Shown: positions 13,391 through 27,289 of the stretch, piece after piece | How positions within the stretch are numbered: position 1 is the stretch's first letter | Layout: every line of letters starts with the position of its first letter | Assembly (NCBI RefSeq): GCF_000181795.1 | Contig: NW_003526941.1 | Span: 6,819,051 to 6,883,050 of the forward strand | DNA length: 64,000 nt | Direction of reading: 5' to 3' | Source: Trichinella spiralis | Lineage: Eukaryota | The notes under the pieces: generated by a model | The model's database searches: none | The model's input: the letters and a program-made list of their open reading frames with translations, nothing else | What the model was told of the DNA's origin: nothing | Program-made: the position numbers and the translations under genes

Positions 13391-16300
13391 TGCCAAACAT
13401 ACAGTATACATGTAGAGATGTGGTTGTTGTTTTTTTTTCCGTGTATTATAGTTTTCTGTACAACAAGTAATTTTTATTATCAAAAAACTGGTGAAAAGTA
13501 ATAATATAAAATTTAAATTAAAAAAAAAACTTTTAACAAATTATCAATTTTTCCATTGCATAATTTGTTCTACAGTATTTTTTCACTCGGTGAATATTTT
13601 GGTGAACCGTTTCGATAACATTTCAAATGAATTAGATTACAATTCCATTGAACAGTTTCGTCTTGTTAGATTTTTTCAATTGAAAAAGTGGAAAGAAAGT
13701 TTCTGAAAGTTTTCACGTTTTATTGTCCATTTTTTCATCAATCAATAATCAATAGACAAAATACACTATTGGATACTGTTGCTCAGGAGCGTCGTCATTA
13801 TGCGTTGTAGTTCATTTGTTTCACGCTGATTATGTTTGTTAAGTGGAAAAATTAGGTACAGTTTGAAAATGAAACCAAATCTATAATTGAAGAATGTAAA
13901 ATATAAAACAGAAAATATAAGAAAATAGACAACAGACTGCTTGTTACAAAAAATATGATGTAAATGAGTGAAAAGTTGAGAGCAAAATAATCACAAGTAA
14001 TTATTCATAATTGCTTTACCTACAATTGGCGTCATCCAGGAAATAAGTATCAATTTTAACAATCAGTGGGCATAATTTCCTTCAATTTTTGTTGATAAAT
14101 GAAAAACATTTTTTTTCTGAAATTCAATAGCGTACTCCGTTTGAAATTAAAACAAACAATTCGTTCTTTTGCCACGAAATGATATCAAATTATATATCAT
14201 CAATGCATGGTATTTTGAAAGGGCCCGAGTGAGAATTTTAGCAGAATTTAGCAATTCAATTATTTTCATCTTCGAACGAATAATCCATTAGAAATATATA
14301 TATATATATGGAAATATTATGGAAATTATAAATGAAAAAAAGTGCAAACAATTATGAATTTTTGTTATTAAATTTGAATGCTTCAAGTTGCAGTTTCTCT
14401 CTTCTCCTGTGATTTATGTTTACGTTGAAATTTATGCATAATGACAAAAAGAAAAAATCGCAAATTTCGACGTTGTGTGATCCAATTGTATAATTTCTGT
14501 CCATTTCACTGCCGTTGTGGTGTTTGGCATGCAATTGATCGATTTGTACTGACGATTCGATTCGATTCATTTCGATTCAATTCCATGCTCGATTCGAGGA
14601 TGCTGTTTGGTAGTGCTGGCAACAAGCTGAGCATTACTACCTGAGTTAAACTACAACGCAACTATTATTCAATTCATCATTCACCACTGTTCGTTCAGCT
14701 TCAACTTTACAAGCAAGCTGTATCCCGCTGTTTCATCTTATCGAGCTATTCCGCTGAGAAATGAACGGAAATGGAAAAATATACAACATTACAAATTACT
14801 TACTCATTACAGTAATAATAATAATGATGTTAATAATCGTGACAACAATACAAAGGGCCTTTGGGGTTTTTTTTTATTCATTAGCAGACGTTTGCGAAAT
14901 TTCAAGAGATTTTCCACAAAAATGAGAAATATAACAAAGAAAGCAGGAAATTTGTGAGATGCATTTTTTCCACACTGACAATGAAACAAATGGAATTGAA
15001 CAAAACAATTTCCATCTCTAATCATCCGCTTAACTACTACTGATCATCTAAAACTGACAAACGGATTCTTTTGTCCTCTCCAAACACGGACGGACATCAA
15101 TCCAATAATGCATCAGCAGAAATATATTTATATATATATATAAATAAGTGAATGTACAATATATTAAGTGTTTCCCAATTCTGTGGACAAATTCAATTTC
15201 ACAATATCTACACTTTATTACCACCAGACCAGCAAATTGGATACAGCCAACGAAGGAGTGGCACATAATAGAATAAACGGATAAATGGATTATTATTTCT
15301 GTGCAGAGTTGTGTGAGAAGAAAGAAAAAGAAGATTTTCAATTTGTCGGTTCTTTTTGTGAAATATTAATCTTTTTTTTTTCTTCAAATGCATATTGGAA
15401 ATTTGAATTGAATTTAACACAAGTGACAAGTGTAAATTGAATTTGGTCGAACAATTGCAAAGAAAACGATACGCAAACCAACGGGGAAGAGAATTGTGAA
15501 TTTTTTTTTTGAACTTGTGAAATTGTTGAAAAAGTATTTTTTTTTCGATTAACAGCTATTTCAAACGAGATTAATCTATTTGGAAATGGATGAATGGAAT
15601 TTGAATTATTGTCATAATAATTAATAATAACCGTATAACGAACAAGGATGAGAAATCACAAGTTTTTGTTTACGTTGTCTGGATTGTGATGTTCTTTTAA
15701 TTTTATTACACGTCCAGAAATTATGAATTGCTTCTTCGTTTAATAAACGTGCTGCTGCTGATGATAATGATGACGATGATGGGAGATGCAAATCTTGGCA
15801 ACAATAAATTCTCATTATACATCTATTGGAACAATGAAGAGATGGATCATTATTTATTATTCATTCTGTTTCTTATTTTGAAACTTCGCACTTGCCTGCA
15901 AACGTGCGGCTGTTTGCTATTCAAATCAACAAGCCGTAAACAATAATAAAAACTCCACCCCTTTTCACTTACTCGCACATATTTGCAATATTTTTCTTCA
16001 ATCAAATGATTATTCAAATTCACTATACCTTCCTTACTATATATATAAAGAAACAACAACATGCTTTCCGAACAATAATCTCCAACTGTGCAATTTTAGC
16101 AAAAAGTTTTTCATCTTTTAAAGTATATTATTATTATTACAACTTTTCTATTCAATAACGCAATAATACATTTGGTCAGTAGTAAATGCAAAAATGTTAT
16201 TGTTTCAAAAATGATCCGTCCATTCATCACACATATATACAAGCTGAATTCAACAATACAGATTCATTTAAATTGAATTTTTTTTCAAATTACACATTTC

Positions 16301-19300
16301 CACTGGTCAACTTAGTGTTTTCTATTTTTACAAGAGAACTTATTTGAAAAAGAAAAGCTCTTTGGTTTATTTATTTATAATTTAAATCAAATTCTATATA
16401 AACAACAGCAGATGAATAAATGAATGGTTGAAAAGCATCAGATTTGCACGATTTATTTCAATAAGTAAAATTAAGTTTAAAACTGGTAAAGAAAAATCTT
16501 TTTAAAAAAAAATAATTTTTATTCATTCTTAGAAGTCTTAGCAGTCTTTTTAGGGAAGATTTTTAGGGAACAATCTTATTGGGGTGTTGGCAAATAATTT
16601 TCATCCAAACAAACAAGTTCATTATTATATAATACGTGATACCAGTGATTTTTAAAATTGCAAATGTGCCATTTCAAATTAAACAACGACCAAGTGTACA
16701 TTAGGAAATTAATTATTATATATATATGTATATAGATTTGCACTGACGAGATTTATGATAGAAATAGCAAAAATGGTGTTTGTTGTGTGCATTCTTTCTC
16801 AGCTTAGATTAGCTTATTTGATGATCTGTTGCTAATAATTAAGAACAACTCTGCCTCCGTGCATCAGTTTATTTGGTAATCAAATTGATTTCATATTTTA
16901 TTTAATATCAAAGTCGCGAGGTGAGAAAACAATTTGTTTGATTACAATAAAATGATGATGCACAACAATTAAGAAATTAACTATCGATCAGAAATTATTT
17001 CCTATAATTTTGTTATCAAAATTTATTAAAAATTTTCCATTTTCAGTGATTTCATTCGTACTTTAGCTTTTGTTAATATTGTACTGATTGTACAAGTTAA
17101 TAAAAAAAAGATAAATTCATTCAGCTGTATTCATAAAATCAATAAGTAAAGTTTGTAGGAAAAGATCTAGGCAGGTTGGAGAAAAAGAGCAGTTTTTCAA
17201 GCTTGCAAGTTTTGCAATCTGATTTTGAAATTCTAAAATCGAACGTAATAAAAGAAAAGAACCATTGGTGGAGCCGAAAAATCTAGGATTCAATTTGTTC
17301 AAATATGTACAAATTGAGGCCATTACGCCCAAGGTATAATATTATTATTCGACTGACGTAAATCAACGCAAATTTCGTATTATCGTAAAAATGAATTTTC
17401 AATAACTTTCCATTCCAATAGAAAATACTTTTTATATTATTTAATACTTTCCATCTATCATCGCAAATGCTGTATGTGCAGTATTGTTAGTTTGAAAAAG
17501 CTAGTATTGTTATTATTGTGTGAAAATGATTTATTTGCAAATAAAACAACACAATATGCCAATGTGATGATAGCAGCAGGTGCAAAATTTCTGCAAATCG
17601 ACCGACCCTAAAGCAAGCGAGCATGCAAGCAAGTTTGATTACGATTTACGAAATTTGATCATCTCATATTTGCAAATTGCATTCCACTGCAAATCACCAC
17701 GTCAAATGCACATACTGACTGCACTGATCTGTCAGCCTATAAAATGGAAATTGTTCAAGTTGACAGTTGAGCTTTTCCGTTATTATTAGCCAATTATTAT
17801 TGCGTGAAAAAAAATTTTCCACCACCTGAATTTTTTTAGTTCTCTTTTTGAAAAAGAGAAAAAATCTATCGGTCGGTTTATTGCTTGAGTACAGTTTTGT
17901 GAAAAAATACAATGACCAGAACTACTCATGCATTCTTTATGGAAAAGCATAATTGTCACTGTTCCACAACAATAATATAATCCATTAATACTAGAATCTT
18001 TCTTCTAATGTATACTGAATTTGGACAGTGGAGTTGGCTGAAATTCAATCTTTCAACTGGAAAAATACCAACCACTACGAGTCTGTCTGTGATCAATCAC
18101 TGAATAAAGCAATGTTTTTGCCTAAATGGTTGCGTCATTGATCCGATACTAAAATCATGCTTGATTTAAACCGATTCAATGCCCATTATAATCACCCGAA
18201 TCATAAAAGTTTTCAACGGAAAATTGTACACTTTTCTCTTTATTAATCCAATCCAACCCTTCAGTTGGACAATTTACAAAATATCAAAAATTTATTGTAG
18301 AGATGAAAAATTTATGTTTATAATTTTTTACAACTTTCTTACCAAATATCTTCTTATCCTTTTCTCATTATTCACAAAACTACATGCAGTATAACTGCAC
18401 AAATTTCACAGCACAATATCAAAGTATATATGTATTTCATTCAGCTATTTGAGAAAAACAGTTTTAGAATTTTGAATTTTTCTACGTAGTGTAAGAAAAT
18501 AATTTTAATTAGAAACAAAATGTTCAAAACAAGGAATAAGAAATCTGTACGATCGATTTTTCAATAACGTATCATTGTTGTGCTTTTTTCTTTTCTTTAA
18601 TGTTGTATGCCCCGCGATCAAAGTTGCACGTATTCGCTTTTTCCAATTATTATTAGTATTATTATTATACATTTGCCGCTGGTATTATACAAGTTTCACT
18701 TTATATGTGAAAAAAATCAATCGCTCATGCAAAACTGAATTTCACTAACTAAATGGCATGTATATAAGAATATTCAAAAGAGTATGCATATACATACATA
18801 TAAACATATATAATAAAAGCAATTTAATGAAAATTAATATATAAATTTTGCGTGACTGCTGTTTGATAATTGAGATGTAATTTTATTAAATAAATTATAC
18901 ATTTTCAGCAAGCATGATGATTGAAGAATGAGTTTCATTTTCATTTTATAAAACTATATAATATGATCATTACAACGTAACAACTTAACTGTAGGTTTCA
19001 TATTACAATTCAAAGTTTACAGTTAATTGATAGTTAATTTTCTTTTTGCATATAAAATGAAATACAATCTACTAGCTAGCCAATTAAGTTGTTACAAATT
19101 ATTCACAGTTGATTGCGATTCAAATTGTATAAAACGTGAAAAAAGTGAAAAATAACAACATAACTGAACAATTAATTGTTCATGCAGTACAGTTGGATTT
19201 CATTTTTATTCTGTATTCAAATATTCTCCGTAGTAAATTAATCACTTGTTTTCATCCATTTCTACATGAGCAATCAAATGGAAGTTTACTTGAAATTTAT

Positions 19301-22300
19301 CGAAGAATGATAATTTTATTTTCTAACCCAATAGCATTTTTAATGCTGAATAATTTATTAAAAGAAAATTTTTTTTTCATTAATGAACACGAATGAGTAT
19401 TGCTTGCCGAAAAATGTTGATGAACGAAGACTGGCTTTAATAATTAATATTAGATAATTTCATAATCATTGCTTTCGATTCAATTTTCATAACACTTTTT
19501 CGTTCTTCTATAACAACGACAAAACTATGCCATGGGTTAAATTAAGCAACACTGTTCACTCACTCAATCACACTCACTCCACCCACTCACTGAATTTGTT
19601 GTTACAACTTCAACAGATTCACGCATTTTATTAGATATTTACTAGTCTACTTGGACATTGCTCATTTCACAGCAAACATCTGCTTCAGAAACCAATAATA
19701 ACAACTGCATATTATATACTGCGTAAGACATTTTCATAATTTTATAAAAATTAACTCTATCTGTATTTTTTGTTACATTGAAAATACTGTGAAATACAAA
19801 CACAGTCAGATATCTCAAATTTTTATAATTATGAGAAAATACAAAATAAAAAAAACTAAGAAAAACTTTCCAATTCTCTCCCATTATATTATAACGTGTT
19901 GAAGCAAGTGGAATTTCTTATTACAGGGGGAAGAAAAGCCAGGAACTTTTTCACATTTTTTTTGTTGTAAATTTGTAAATTTTGAGAATTGTTTAAAATT
20001 TATTTTAAATTTTGAATTGATTGAACACTGTTTACGCGTTGAACCTGCATATCGATCTATCTGGATGTAGTAGTAGTAGTACATTCTCGGCATCTGCTTG
20101 AACTAGTCTACTGTATAAAATCTTTACAATCAACCCAATAGGATATAGTTAGTAGTACAAAAGATGATTTCTAACCATTGCCGCGTTAATTGTAAACCAG
20201 CCCAATGACGAATATAATCGCTTGTGTGCAGATTTCCACGCGGACCCTGCGCTTAATTCTTTGCTTTGTGAAATCAAGCATGCGTCTTGGATGGTTGGTA
20301 GCACAACGCAATTAATTTCTCAAATAAGCCGAACGAAGTGGAAGTGCTTCAAGTGAGATGTGAATTGCTGTTCGTAAAAGCGTGGACGAACAATTTCTCA
20401 AACAAACCGTGCCGATCCGACTGATGATCCGCTTTTAAAAAGAATCATTAAGACACACGCGCCAACACAACACGTCCACTGTAAACAACACGCTTTCATG
20501 CTAATACGTCCCATTCAGGCGTAGCCTTAGCTTGGAATTTCTGATTTCTGCACGGCTGTATGCGAAGCTCGAGGCTGCAAACGACTTCAGCCTCCTCTTT
20601 CAACAACCTAGAGCATACCGAAAGATAATTCTTATTTATTCATCACGATTATCATCAGCCAAAATAGCAACCAACGATCGACTGAACGGTCAATAATAAC
20701 CACTGGTCGGCTGTGGAAGATCGGTCGATATTATCCCACACTCAGGATGTCATTCACGCATCACAAGAACATCCACGTCCACAGAATAAAGCTCTGTGCA
20801 ATGCAGTCGGAATTTTCTCTTTAAAAGCCGGCAGTTTTATATTTTTTAAATTTCTTCTTCATTCTATTATTGAATTTGTAGAATTTACCATTTTTCCACT
20901 ATTCAACTGCATACATAGGAATTTACATACAGGCAGGTAAAGACAAAAAGGGAACAAATTGCTGCTTTTTCAGCAGTATATTTTTTTTCTCGAATTGCAC
21001 TTCATCTCGGTGAAATTTATTGTAAAACACTTCAACGTGGTGTAAATTATAAATTTCCATTTTTGCTAATAACAACTGCTTCTTATTGAATAAACAACAG
21101 CATATCCCTTTCGCATTTTAACCCTTGTGCAGAAAAGTGAACATGAACAGAGACAAATCAAAAAGAAAATTAATTATATAGACAATGTTAGACATTGAAT
21201 TTGAAAAAGAAAAAATCTTTTTTTTTCTTTATTCTCATCCACCGAAATTAAAAAAAGCTTTTCATTTCTCAACTTACATATTATTGTTCTCATAGCAAAA
21301 AGATTCCAATGATCAACCAATCAGTCAAACAAATAAACAAGCAAATAAACATCCATTAACTAACATTGTAAATATTTTCCATCTGCTGGGTTGTCATAAA
21401 TACTTTTATTATTTATTTCAATAATTAATGAACACAATTAACTGCACATTTTTAGTTTGTTAATTCCCAATTATTAACAACGATGAAGGCATCAAAGGGT
21501 ATTTTTTACAATAAAGCACTAAAATAATAATAATTTCCCAAAAGACAAAGAGGAAAATTTGCAAGTTTGCATCAGAAGCAAGTCAAATATTGGTATTATT
21601 TTGCATTATTAACTTTTAATTAATATGATAAAGTATTTAGAAAAACGAAAATTAAACCCAAGAGAGATGGACAAAAAAGAAAAAATAAAATACAATAAAC
21701 CAAATTGATGAAATAAATAAAATATTCACAGAAAATTTTACACCAACATTGTCCATTGTTCATTTATCTATTGGTCATTAATTGAACAATCTGTGTTTAA
21801 TTGGAATCGATTGAGATTGAAGCAATCAGAGAAGCTGGCCAATTGCATTTCCAAATGCATCGGGCTTCAAGGAGCCAGTGTTCCGATTGGAATGTCGCAA
21901 ATTTCGGCAGAACAGTAGAAAATTAGGAGGCAGTTTTGATTTTACAAATCTTCTCCAAACATATTCAACTGATACTTCAATTAATGAATTAATTAAAACT
22001 TTAACATTGCGCTGCATTGCAATGAATCACAGCCGTCAATAGAAATTAAACAGCGAATCAACAACAGCAGCAGCAACAAGAACAACAACAAACCGTTTGA
22101 TCATAGTTCAGTTTGCATGAATGTGATATGAAATTGTGCAAATAGATCATATATTTTCATAAATGTAGTTGTACATGATTTTTAATTTCAGTTTTAAATA
22201 TTTCAACTGTGTGCATGTGCGCATGGAAAGTTTCTACATGACTGGATTGGATTAGCACTGTTCATTCGAAGGCAAAGCGTCGGTCATCAGATTGGCTTTT

Positions 22301-22608
22301 CGGTGTTTTCATGGCCCGGCGAGTGTTGATTGTTTTCAGTGGGAAAATTGAATTTCGACAAAAAGCTTGGCTAGCATTGCAAAAGTGATTATCAATCGCC
22401 CCTTGCGAAGAATAAAATTGAACGACAAGACAAGACAAGACAAGCAACTACCAACCAATTGAGGGCAAGAAACAAAAAATGCATCACAAAGTTTAAACTA
22501 ATGTCAGCAATCACCGTTTGCTCAGTCTGAGGACTACAGATCGATTGTTGACAACTGAACATCCTGGACCGATTTGGATGGATATTGGCTGCGTCGCTCT
22601 GCTCCGTG

Positions 22609-25478
22609 ATGAGCCACACGTCCACTTTGATCCGACTGACCAGAGCAACGTTGGACAGCAACAATTATTCAGTTGCGTCGACCACAACCGCCGTGGTCGG
22701 CGAACCACAGCCCCATCAATTGCACTTCTACGCACTCGCTTTGCTCATCATACCGTCACTGACCATCTTTGGAAACGTGCTAGTCATTGCCAGTGTTTGC
22801 CGTTTTCGCAATTTACAGTGCCCAATCAATTACTTCATCTTTGGTCTTGCTATTGCCGACCTGATGGTTGCCGTTTTGGTAATGCCGTTCGCCGTATATG
22901 TTGAAGTAAATTATGCTGCGGGCAAAAAATTTAATTCCCATTTTTCCTCCTTTACACTAACTTTACTATCATTTTAAGTTCAATAATCGCAAATGGGAAC
23001 TTGGAGCGTTGTTGTGCGATTTATACTGTGCAGCTGATGTAGTATGCAGCACTGCATCAATTATTTTGCTCACCGTCATAGGTTTCGACAGGTAAGAATT
23101 GTTCACTTATTTCTACTTATTTACTGTACAAGAGAATAGGAAACGAATATTAATTTCAATTTTCTGTTAAAGATTTACGCAAACGCACTTCAACCACGGT
23201 AGTAGATGATTTCTCCAAGTTGAAAATAAATTTGATGCCAAAAAAGTCGATCAATAACTATTATTAATTATTACCACGTTTTATTAAATGCCCATCATTA
23301 GTTATATATTATGCGGTTATTATTCAAATAAATGGATTACGTTTACACTTGAAAATGATCCATGTAATTGTTCTTTTGTTTAAAACAAGACGTTTTCATT
23401 TAGATTTCTTTTTTAAATTTAACACAAACAATTCTGCAGAATTCGAATTATATTTCGGACAATTCATTGAATATAACAGCCAACTGAATAAAAAGAAATA
23501 TTAATAAAAAGTAAAATTATGAAAATTATTTTAAAATTTGAAAAAAAATATATTTCAAAACAAGTACTTATTAAACGCTTTTTTCTCTGATTAATTTCAC
23601 CAAAATGATTGAAATAAATAGTGCTTTCAGAAAAAAAAACTGTTGAATATTTTCAATTTTTCATCTCTTCTTACACAATTTCAACTTATAAACTTTCATG
23701 CGAACAGCTGAAAGTATTTATATCTTTGGGAGAATTTTGAAAATGTCAAACAAATCAATACGACAAATCATCCGACTTTCGTTTATACTAGACGGAAAAA
23801 AATTTCGAAAAGATTTAAATTAAAACTTGTACATCATTAATAATTTGCTTATTACTGTAATACAGATTTATTTATTTAGGTATATAGCAGCCAATCATCC
23901 GATTCGTTATGTAACAAATCCAAAAAATGTCAAATATGTGGTGACAATAAATATTAGCGTATGGGCAGTGTCAGCGCTGATTGCATGCCCTCTGGTTTTG
24001 GGATTGAACAACGTTGAATATCGTGAAGAGAAAGAATGCCGGTTTTACAATGCAGATTTTATCATTTATTCGTCAATAATTTCCTTTTGGATACCAATGA
24101 TAGTTATGTTGTATTTTTTTGCTTGCACTTATTTGCAAATAAGACGTCAATCGAAATTAGCTCAGCGTAGGCGAAGAGGAGTTAGGCAAGCGTTGCAAAG
24201 GCAAGATTGTGTTCGCGAGCAGAGGTTCATTTCCATGAAAAAGCGACTTCAGCTTGCGTTCGTTGAAAAGAATGGACAAAATGATGCTGGAACTAATAAT
24301 AATAATACTGCTACTAATAATAATTCGCTCAGATTTTCGCCCAACAGTCTGGAATTGTTGAAACGACGCACTGATCATCTACCTGAAGACAGTTTGGCCG
24401 AATATTCGTTTGCAATGTCCGGCGATTCAGTTGTAACAGTGGATCCCCAGTCGTCCGGCTCTCCTCCTTCAGGAAAAGCGGCACTGCAAATCACCTGTGA
24501 TGCAAAATCTACAGAAAGTTGCTCAAGCAAGCCGACCGATTTCGAATCAACAACAATGGAAGTGGGCTCCTCGTCTGAAACGACAACCTTATTCACATCC
24601 GCCCCTACCTCCCCAAATCTGAAACTGTTACAAGCGGACGTCTGCGAGCCGAAAATGCAAACATCCCTGTTGGTCAACAACGAAACAGCTCAACAAGCAA
24701 AACGGCGCAACACTACATGTTCAGTGGAAATTGACCATTTACCACCAAACAACAGGGCCCCATGTTTGAAACAGTACTGCTTTCCAAAACGTTCACAACA
24801 ACAGACGAACAATTTTCGTTTGAATTTCCGTTGGTCGCACAGTGATATCCGATGCAATGTGCCAAATAAAATTGATGAATTAGACAAACAAGCCATAGCG
24901 AAAGAAATAATACGAGCAGAAATGCGACGTGCAGAATTGAGCCGAGATAAAGCTAATTCAACAACTGCCCAAATGCCCAATCAACATCCCGATGACCAAA
25001 CCAAGTTGGACAATTACTTGATACGCCGGGTGACGATGAAATTGTCCAAAGCAGAACGCAACGAAAAAAAAGCAACAAAAACACTTTCCATTGTGTTAGG
25101 TAATATTATCCATTTGTATATCATTTTATATTCATTTGACATTAAAACAATTTAAATACCCATTCAACATTAGCCATACATATATATGTTATACTATTCA
25201 ACAGATAAATAATAAACTATATTTCAGGCATATTTCTCGCCTGCTGGCTGCCATTTTTCACTCTGAATATGTTGAACGCAATATGCATCAAATTGGAAAA
25301 TGCTCAATGTCAAGTTGGCTTCATGCCATTTTTTCTGACCACATGGCTGGGATATATGAATTCTTTCATGAATCCCATCATTTACACGTTGTTCAATATT
25401 GAATTTCGCAAAGCTTTCAAAGCTTTGCTCTTTCTCAATCGGACAAGAACCTTGAAACAGAAAAGGCGACTCTATTGA
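22609..25478 (+). CDS. Class A aminergic GPCR, D2-like dopamine receptor (dop-3-like)
   Basis: Four coding exons: 22609-22905, 22979-23091, 23880-25099, 25228-25478. TM1 FGNVLV, TM2 LAIADLMVA, TM3 Asp in ADVVCSTAS, DRY split by intron 2, TM5 serines in FIIYSSIISFWIP, ICL3 of about 300 aa ending EKKATKTL, TM6 CWLPFF, TM7 LGYMNSFMNPIIY, short C-tail. A long ICL3 with a short tail is typical of Gi-coupled D2-type receptors. Confidence 0.88.
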
Positions 25479-26139
25479 AACGCGGCGGGTTGTTACTTGT
25501 TAAGCTTATTAATTCGATTATGAATGAATAAAATTTGCTACTTTTCATTTGTTCACATTTATGTTTCTAATTTTGCCAAACAGTTCATTTGTTCTTTGTG
25601 GTACAGAAATAAGTTTAAGGGGCCAGTACTTTGACAAAAACTACATGTTCCGTAGAACATATACTTTTTGAAAAATTCGTTTTAATTAAAAATGGAAACA
25701 AAACGAAAAATATTTAATTAATTTATATTAAAAAAATGTTTCTATAAAAAGCTTTTGACTATAATTTTTCCAAAAAAAATTTCTGAATTCTAATATATTA
25801 TATCGCTTATTTTTATAATTATTTTATAATAAAACAATTCATTTTTCATTAATAATGCTTTACATATTTTTATTATTTATTCTCAAATTACTTACTGTCA
25901 AATTACCGTAAATAGCAGGAACCTTATGATCAATAATGTACTGTCTATGTACAATTTCTTTTGATTGCATTATTGTTATTCTTTGTTTATTTATTTACTG
26001 AATTTGTAAAATTTTTTTATGTAAAATCAAATGTTTATAATGGTATTTAGCATTATGTAAATTTACGAACATTGCAGCATATACATAAATATTCATAATA
26101 TTCAGTATTATATAGGTACAACAGTTTTATGGTGACACA

Positions 26140-27258
26140 ATGTTAAGTCAGAAATTGAAGTGTCAAGCTGACTGCAATACACTAAATTCCGCCGGATTTG
26201 ACATTTTAACACCCGAAGAAGTGCTTGAAATTAGCGTGAAAGAAATCACTGTACCAAATGCATTCGATGCATTGTATCATCCGATTGCTGGTGGATTATG
26301 CGATCCTGCATTTGGTTACTCAATTTGGCTATTGTTTTTTTCTTTTTTTTCTTTTTAAAATTTTATATTTAAGGGCCTGTTGATTATATGGAATATTGTG
26401 CAACATGCTCGTTTACTGGTGCACAATGTCCTGGTCATTATGGTCATATAAGGCTTCCTTTGCCAATGTTCAACCCGTTATTATTTGACATAACATATCA
26501 GGTATTCATTAAAGAATTACCTTCTTTGTGAATATTTGTTAAAATTAAGTCTGCATTTTTTATATATCATATATACTTGTAAATTTTATTAATAATTGAA
26601 GAATGAATGCATCACGCATCTTACATGTGATTGCTTTTAGCTTATTCGGGGAACATGTTTTGTTTGTCATCGTTTGTTTGTGGCTGATAATGAAGTTGCG
26701 CTAAAGATTTTTTTTGCTCAAATGGAAGCTCTTGATGAAGGCAATTTGGCGCTCGCTTCAGAAATTGCCGACATCAGTACAGAAGTTTTTTCAGAATTGG
26801 TGAACGGGATTTTTTTTATTTCGTTTTTATCGTTTTATAAAAATAAGTTTGTACTATATAGTGCGTTTCTGACAGTCCAAATTTGCAAAATTTGAACAAT
26901 TCTGAAAATTCAGTGAAAAAAAATATGCTGAAAGAGCGATTGGAAGAATTGAAGAAGAATCGTAATGTTGAAAATGGAATTTTCTTAATTCCGTTTGATT
27001 ATGATTGTTTGTTTTCACATTCAGGTAAAACAAATTCAAAGGGAAATTTGGAAATTACTAAAAATGTATCGCAAGTTCGTCGAGAATTGATATCCGAATT
27101 CTGCACGAATTTTCTTTATCGTCGAATAAAACAATGTCCATCTTGTACATCCCAAGTGACTGGTATACGTAATATTGGCAAACGGGCTGTAATTTTAACT
27201 TTGCCTTCTAAAAAAGGAATATTGAAAAACAAGTACAGCATTTGGATGGATTGTTAAA

Positions 27259-27289
<31 letters not shown>

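Noticed and set aside
20421..20440. CTGATGA as a hammerhead ribozyme core
   Set aside because: No stem II followed by GAAA and no flanking helices.
10400..22500. Short ORFs in the ADSL-receptor intergenic region
   Set aside because: F/I/L/K/N-biased, low-complexity translations of AT-rich DNA with no domain motifs or chainable exons.
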